Assembly (NCBI GenBank): GCA_002633005.1
Contig: NMRA01000655.1
Span: 171,526-225,853 of the forward strand
Length of the DNA stretch: 54,328 bases
Direction: 5' to 3'
From: Phoronis australis
Lineage: Eukaryota; Animalia; Phoronida
Part shown: piece by piece, positions 48,901-54,328 of the stretch
How positions within the stretch are numbered: position 1 is the first letter of the stretch
Layout of the letters: the number at the start of each line of letters is the position of its first letter
Position numbers and translations under genes: made by a program
Notes under the pieces: model-generated
Seen by the model: only the letters and a program-made list of their open reading frames with translations
Databases searched by the model: none
What the model was told of the DNA's origin: nothing

Positions 48901-50664
48901 TTATTACATGTACCAAATATCCACGACAATATCCCTGATATACATGTAGCACTGCGGCACCGTTAGCGCGCAAGCGGTCCTGGCAGACAATCGTGACTTA
49001 GACTGAGATGTGCTTCTCCTTTTTATCGTATCAAGACAGCCAAAGTGAAAATGACAACCTTATTAATCGCCAAACGACGGTCACGTCTTTACTTTCAGTT
49101 GCCAAGAAATTCTCAAACACTTTACTTGTTTTTGGGGCTACGCGCGCGAAATATGAGTTGTCTTTCAAACGTTGTTGCCAACGTAAAGTGTAGGCCTACT
49201 CTAGCGATTCAAGTGCGTGAACTCACGCGTGCGCACCACTTCAAAGAACAGCGAGAGTCCTAAATGAAAGAGTATACCGGCTTGGCTCTGGTTTATTTGA
49301 AAATGAACTCAGATTCCCAGCGGTTATAAAAGACCCGATGTCCCGGGACCGATATAACCCAGGACTGACGTTTCCTGTTCCGATGTTTCCCGTGGTCGAT
49401 GTTCTGTAAACCTTGTATTCTATGCCTGTAGCCAGCTATTGCAACTAAACTGGCACTAGATGCGAAATTGTGGTTCAAGTTAGGGAACTTTTCATTCTTC
49501 TCTTTATACACCCNCCCCCCCCCCCCCCCGGCAACTTTCGCTCCCCAAACCACCGTCGCCGTAAAATGTTCAGACTCCTATAGAAACAACCTTGTTCCGG
49601 CTGAAACGGGCAGTTAAAAACAAAATCATTCCGGGTGGCTAAAAAGGGTACAATGTAGGTGGTAACAATATCCAGAAAGTCACCCCTACTAGATGTAGTT
49701 TGCCTCGCAAAATCGTATTATTATAACGTTTCTTACCATTTCAGCGTTTTAATATCTTATTACCGCAAACACTGAGGTTAACGACTATGCTCACGCACAA
49801 GCCTACTCCCTACCTTTAAAGTGTTTCATAATAAGTGCTCACTGATCTATTAAAAGTCCCCCCATAAATTTTGAGAATTTCCAATTAAGCGCCCACAGTT
49901 CAAGCTAGCGCTCATCGTAGCGCACTACAAACAAAAGTGTGTGGTTTAAAATTGACACGCAGCTTTTATGGTGTGTCACTTTCATTTTACAAACTTCAGT
50001 TTTCAAAAACGTCTTTTCACAATATGTAAAAACCAAATCCCGGCTTTGTTTTATACCTCGGAAAGAAAGTTAACACTAGTGACATGTATGTCGTTTTGTG
50101 GCTGACCTATTTTGGAAGGTATTGAGGAGCAAACTCGCCATTACCAGAGTTAGTAGTTTGAATCGTTAACGACTTTGATGACAGCCAGTAGCAGGCCAGA
50201 TCTAACAAAATCCCGGATGCTTTTTCAACGGGCATTTTCTCCCTTTTCACATCGCAAATTTAGCTACTCGAATGCACAAGTCAGTTAGAGAGCACTGATT
50301 CAACTTTCACGTAGGCAACTTGCCTTGCGCTCTAGAGTCTTTCAATGGCGGTCGTGAAGAACAGTAAGGCCGTACCTGCATGAATGAAGTCAGTGTTTAA
50401 CGCTGCAGGTAAGAGCATAATCTAAACATTTTCTCGATGATCTAAATAATCTATTTTGGCGCGTAAAAGTAGCAGGAAAATTTTGCGACCTGGCATTTAC
50501 GAATGCGAGTTGGATTTTGAAAATGCAACCTGGGATTTTGGCTAGGTCGCAAAATGCGACCTGGCGATTTTAATAGCGTCGAGCCCTGTTATCTGTTGTA
50601 TTTGCATTTGAAATTAAATTTAAAAAAGTGAAAAGCTTACTTTGTATAAAATACCATGCAATAC

Positions 50665-51694
50665 CATAGGCGGATTTAGGGGGGGNNNNNNNNNNNNNNN
50701 NNNNNNNNNNNNNNNNNNNNNNNNNNNNNNNNNNNNNNNNNNNNNNNNNNNNNNNNNNNNNNNNNNNNNNNNNNNNNNNNNNNNNNNNNNNNNNNNNNNN
50801 NNNNNNNNNNNNNNNNNNNNNNNNNNNNNNNNNNNNNNNNNNNNNNNNNNNNNNNNNNNNNNNNNNNNNNNNNNNNNNNNNNNNNNNNNNNNNNNNNNNN
50901 NNNNNNNNNNNNNNNNNNNNNNNNNNNNNNNNNNNNNNNNNNNNNNNNNNNNNNNNNNNNNNNNNNNNNNNNNNNNNNNNNNNNNNNNNNNNNNNNNNNN
51001 NNNNNNNNNNNNNNNNNNNNNNNNNNNNNNNNNNNNNNNNNNNNNNNNNNNNNNNNNNNNNNNNNNNNNNNNNNNNNNNNNNNNNNNNNNNNNNNNNNNN
51101 NNNNNNNNNNNNNNNNNNNNNNNNNNNNNNNNNNNNNNNNNNNNNNNNNNNNNNNNNNNNNNNNNNNNNNNNNNNNNNNNNNNNNNNNNNNNNNNNNNNN
51201 NNNNNNNNNNNNNNNNNNNNNNNNNNNNNNNNNNNNNNNNNNNNNNNNNNNNNNNNNNNNNNNNNNNNNNNNNNNNNNNNNNNNNNNNNNNNNNNNNNNN
51301 NNNNNNNNNNNNNNNNNNNAGTAGGTTTCGCGCGCAAACGCTGTGGACCATAAACAAGTAGGTCTTTTTGCACAGTAGTTGTAGTTAAGGCGTGGTGTTG
51401 TATTGGTTACGCACGCCCGCGTTATGCCACAGGTCGTGGATTCGAGTCTTCAAGAAATGATTTCCGTTTTTTTATTGCCATTTTTTCTTGGATAATACTT
51501 CAGGAATCAAGGAAAATGCTTGCTTTTTAGAGGTAAAAACAGAAAAATTTCCTGGGCGGGAGGGGGGCAAACCCCCTTCCGACCTCCCCCCATTCGGTGC
51601 TATGCGCATCTACAATCGTGGTTCAGTTTGCGCAAATGCTTACAGCCGGACAAAATGTTGGGCCCCCCCTTGTGATATCCTAGATCCGCCACTG
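50665..51694. mobile_element. ~1-kb hAT-like MITE spanning an assembly gap (N 50686-51319), with 5-bp TSD
   Basis: Ends CATAGGCGGATTTAGG and CCTAGATCCGCCACTG, with AATAC on both flanks. Confidence 0.7.
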
Positions 51695-52343
51695 AATACG
51701 TTGTGTTACTGACAGCATACATTGTACTTGCCAATTGTCCCGCTCTTGGCCTACTATCCCATTTTAAAATTTTTCTCGCCGTCGTGCCACACCATCAACT
51801 TATGTCCCACTCTAACTCACGAGGACACTGACATATCAGCATTTGATTTAGCGACTTGCCGGGCCAATGCGACCCCAGATTGCGTTTGACGACCTGGGAG
51901 AATTCAAAGTTGTCACAAAGTCACCACTGCGAGTATCGAAGTCAGGCAGTAATTGCCTCTCAGTTCGATTCAAATTTCGTCGGTGTTGACATCAAAGTAA
52001 AAGACCTACAATTTCATTTCTAAAATAAATGTTTTGATGAAAAACATCTACATACAGTGTCATAGAATACCCAAGTGGTTCAGTCCTGCGATGTTCAACG
52101 GGCCTCCTAAGGAGCCCTAGTGCCGACCTCAACACCTACCGTCTTCCTACCTGCAATAAGCACCACTGCCGTTTTCCATACTGAACCCTCTTGTATTATT
52201 TCATTTCTTTTACATTATCAGGTTTATTTAAACACTCTGTAGAAATTTTAAATGGAAATAAATGCCTTTAAGATTAAACGAGTAAGAATTGATATTTGTA
52301 ATGACTGGTTTTTAAAGAAGCAAGTGCATTTTAAAAAGACAAA

Positions 52344-53510
52344 ATGGCGGACGATATCGATGGGCCTTCATGTTCCTTTAGAGTTTCATTCCACAAAAAA
52401 TCACAAAAGCTTTGTGCTTTAGTGAGTTATGTCAAAGACACCACTGAACATTTGACATACAGCAAACTACCTCACAAAGCAAGGCCTGGGTGCCAGAGTA
52501 CGGACTCGTACTTCCCAGAGTCGGTGAACTTAAGTGTCTGACTGAACAGGACCAGTCATGGAAGAGTCAGGTAATGATGGATGTTACCACTCTGCTCCTC
52601 TCCTCCTGAACGTAGCAGCCTTTTTAAATTCTACCGGCATATGACTTTAGTGAAAGTCAGAATGGACAGGATCTCTGTGATCGCAAGATCGCTCCACTCA
52701 AACAACATGCAAAGTACTTTGCAGCCGAAGGTAACAATATCATAAACTTTCTGGATTTGAAAGAAGCATTACTTTCCAGTGGCCTTGTGAAGGGATGTTA
52801 TGTGTATGCATGTTCAGTCAATGCAACAAAGTCTTTTCCAAAATACTCAGTTCCTGGTATAAACACATTCCCAGATTCCCATTATTCCACCCAAGGAATT
52901 CGCATGTGGAAATCATTCCATGTAATAGGTGACGGTAATTTCTTACAAATACTGAGAAAATGGGAAACCTATTTCTCTAAAATACACTAACATCTCTAGA
53001 CATGGCGGATTTTCAACACCAAGAGTTAAGGCTGGCATTGTATCTAGTGAAGAGCCTCAACAAAAGTTCCCTTCTACCCAGCAAGGTTACTCGAAATTTT
53101 TTGCTACAGACGCAGAACTAGGTCAGCATTTGGATCTGGGTAACCACACTGAACATTTACATAGGGAAACCACGTATGACCACATCGCACGACAGTGGTC
53201 AGAAATGCTTTCAGATGCAAGAACCGGAGCGTCATTTGAGACAGCCTCAGAGTACTATTTGGATGAGACGAATGCTGAAGCAATAGGTTAGGCATTGAAA
53301 AAAATTAAAAGATCAACAACATTTTCAGCAAAGGTTAAGAACTTTCTGACGAACATATTCGATGAAGGAGATAAGTCAGATAAAAACGTTCACCCTCGGA
53401 AGTGCCAAAATGGAGAAATTATTACGAGAACCCACTGGTAAAGTGTTTGCCTTTGATATTAAGTGAATCGCAGATTGGTGGAGTTTTTTCGAGTTTGTCT
53501 GCAGCAATGT
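52344..53510 (+). pseudogene. Degenerate DDE-type transposase remnant (Sola3-like, tentative)
   Basis: Broken frames: SGNDGCYHSAPLL, YDFSESQNGQDLCDRKIAPLKQH...EGNNI...KEALLSSG, and G*ALKK...FSAKVKNFL..IFDEG...LSESQIGGVFSSL. The superfamily is assigned from memory. Confidence 0.6.
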
Positions 53511-54328
53511 TCATTATGACGATGCAATTTCTGCTGAAGATGCTGTTATGTCGTCAGATTTACTGAATGGTGGTAAATGAGCTCAACGTTTAACCTAGTT
53601 TTGTAGCATACCAGTCAAAGATGTGTGATATATGAAGTCGAGACCGTTACTTCTGTTTACTTCATGTCCGTCATGAAAGTCATAAATAAAATTGTCTCTC
53701 GTGAATTATTTTATATTGACTGTGAATGTGTACCTTTTTATACCACTGATGATCACACTGGCAGAAACTTGCGTTAGGGTGCCCGGTGTGTGGGGGGAAC
53801 ACCAGATTTCTGGCGACTGGTGGCGACTAAAATTTGTAGCAACCAGCAGGGACATTACAATATGAACCCAAAGTTACAATGACTATTGACAAGTTGAAGG
53901 ATTTTTTGCACTCAACACTAGGGGGCCATATCCACCTTGGGCGATAACGCGGAGTTGTCGTGAGGACTCGATTGGGACCTCAGGGGTCTCACGCTCCACC
54001 GGCTAATTTGAAAAGGCTTTGTCCAGTCACGCGTTGTGGGTCATAAATCGAGATAATGATACCAACAGCTGACGCGACAAGCAGAACAATTATAAACTCT
54101 GCAATATAAACAATACACTTTATACAATGAACATGTAACAAATATACACACCCAAATAGTGTTACATGCAATCCCTGATGAGGTCATCCATAAGTATGAA
54201 TCCCTCCATGTAAACAATAACTCACACGGTGAGCAAAATATTTAAAGTGGGACTTAAGGTAGGTGGATACACAAAAAAATTAATTTTGACTGTTTTTTAC
54301 ATTTTCATATCATCCTAATCTTTAATTC

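Noticed and set aside
50570-51373. Long ORFs of 239-267 aa
   Set aside because: Artefacts of the N gap.

Overview
This is eukaryotic, intron- and repeat-rich DNA, most consistent with an invertebrate animal; the organism cannot be fixed from sequence alone. Most ORFs in the supplied track are spurious. Two spliced genes can be rebuilt exon by exon with GT-AG boundaries and matching phases. The first is the 3' half of a Kelch-like protein 10 (KLHL10) gene on +, with six exons at 2612-12744. The second is a complete, convergent SWEET1/SLC50A1 sugar transporter on -, with six coding exons at 23652-38408 encoding 222 aa. An intronless ORF for a 151-aa secreted Cys/coiled-coil protein of unrecognised family is nested antisense in a KLHL10 intron. 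The rest is mostly mobile DNA: RTE-X-like, L2/Crack-like and L1/Tx1-like LINE fragments (the last with a polyA tail and 15-bp TSD), two TTAA-flanked Kolobok-like THAP elements with ~315-bp TIRs, several CA...TG elements with 5-bp TSDs, a foldback element, degenerate transposase/THAP remnants and several minisatellites. The most unusual items are the nested secreted ORF, a phased array of eight co-oriented CTCF-like motifs, a ~40-copy 35-bp array whose unit looks like a GTAAGT...CCTAG mini-intron, and 'two-left-end' Kolobok derivatives. Coordinates were counted by hand and may be off by a few bases.
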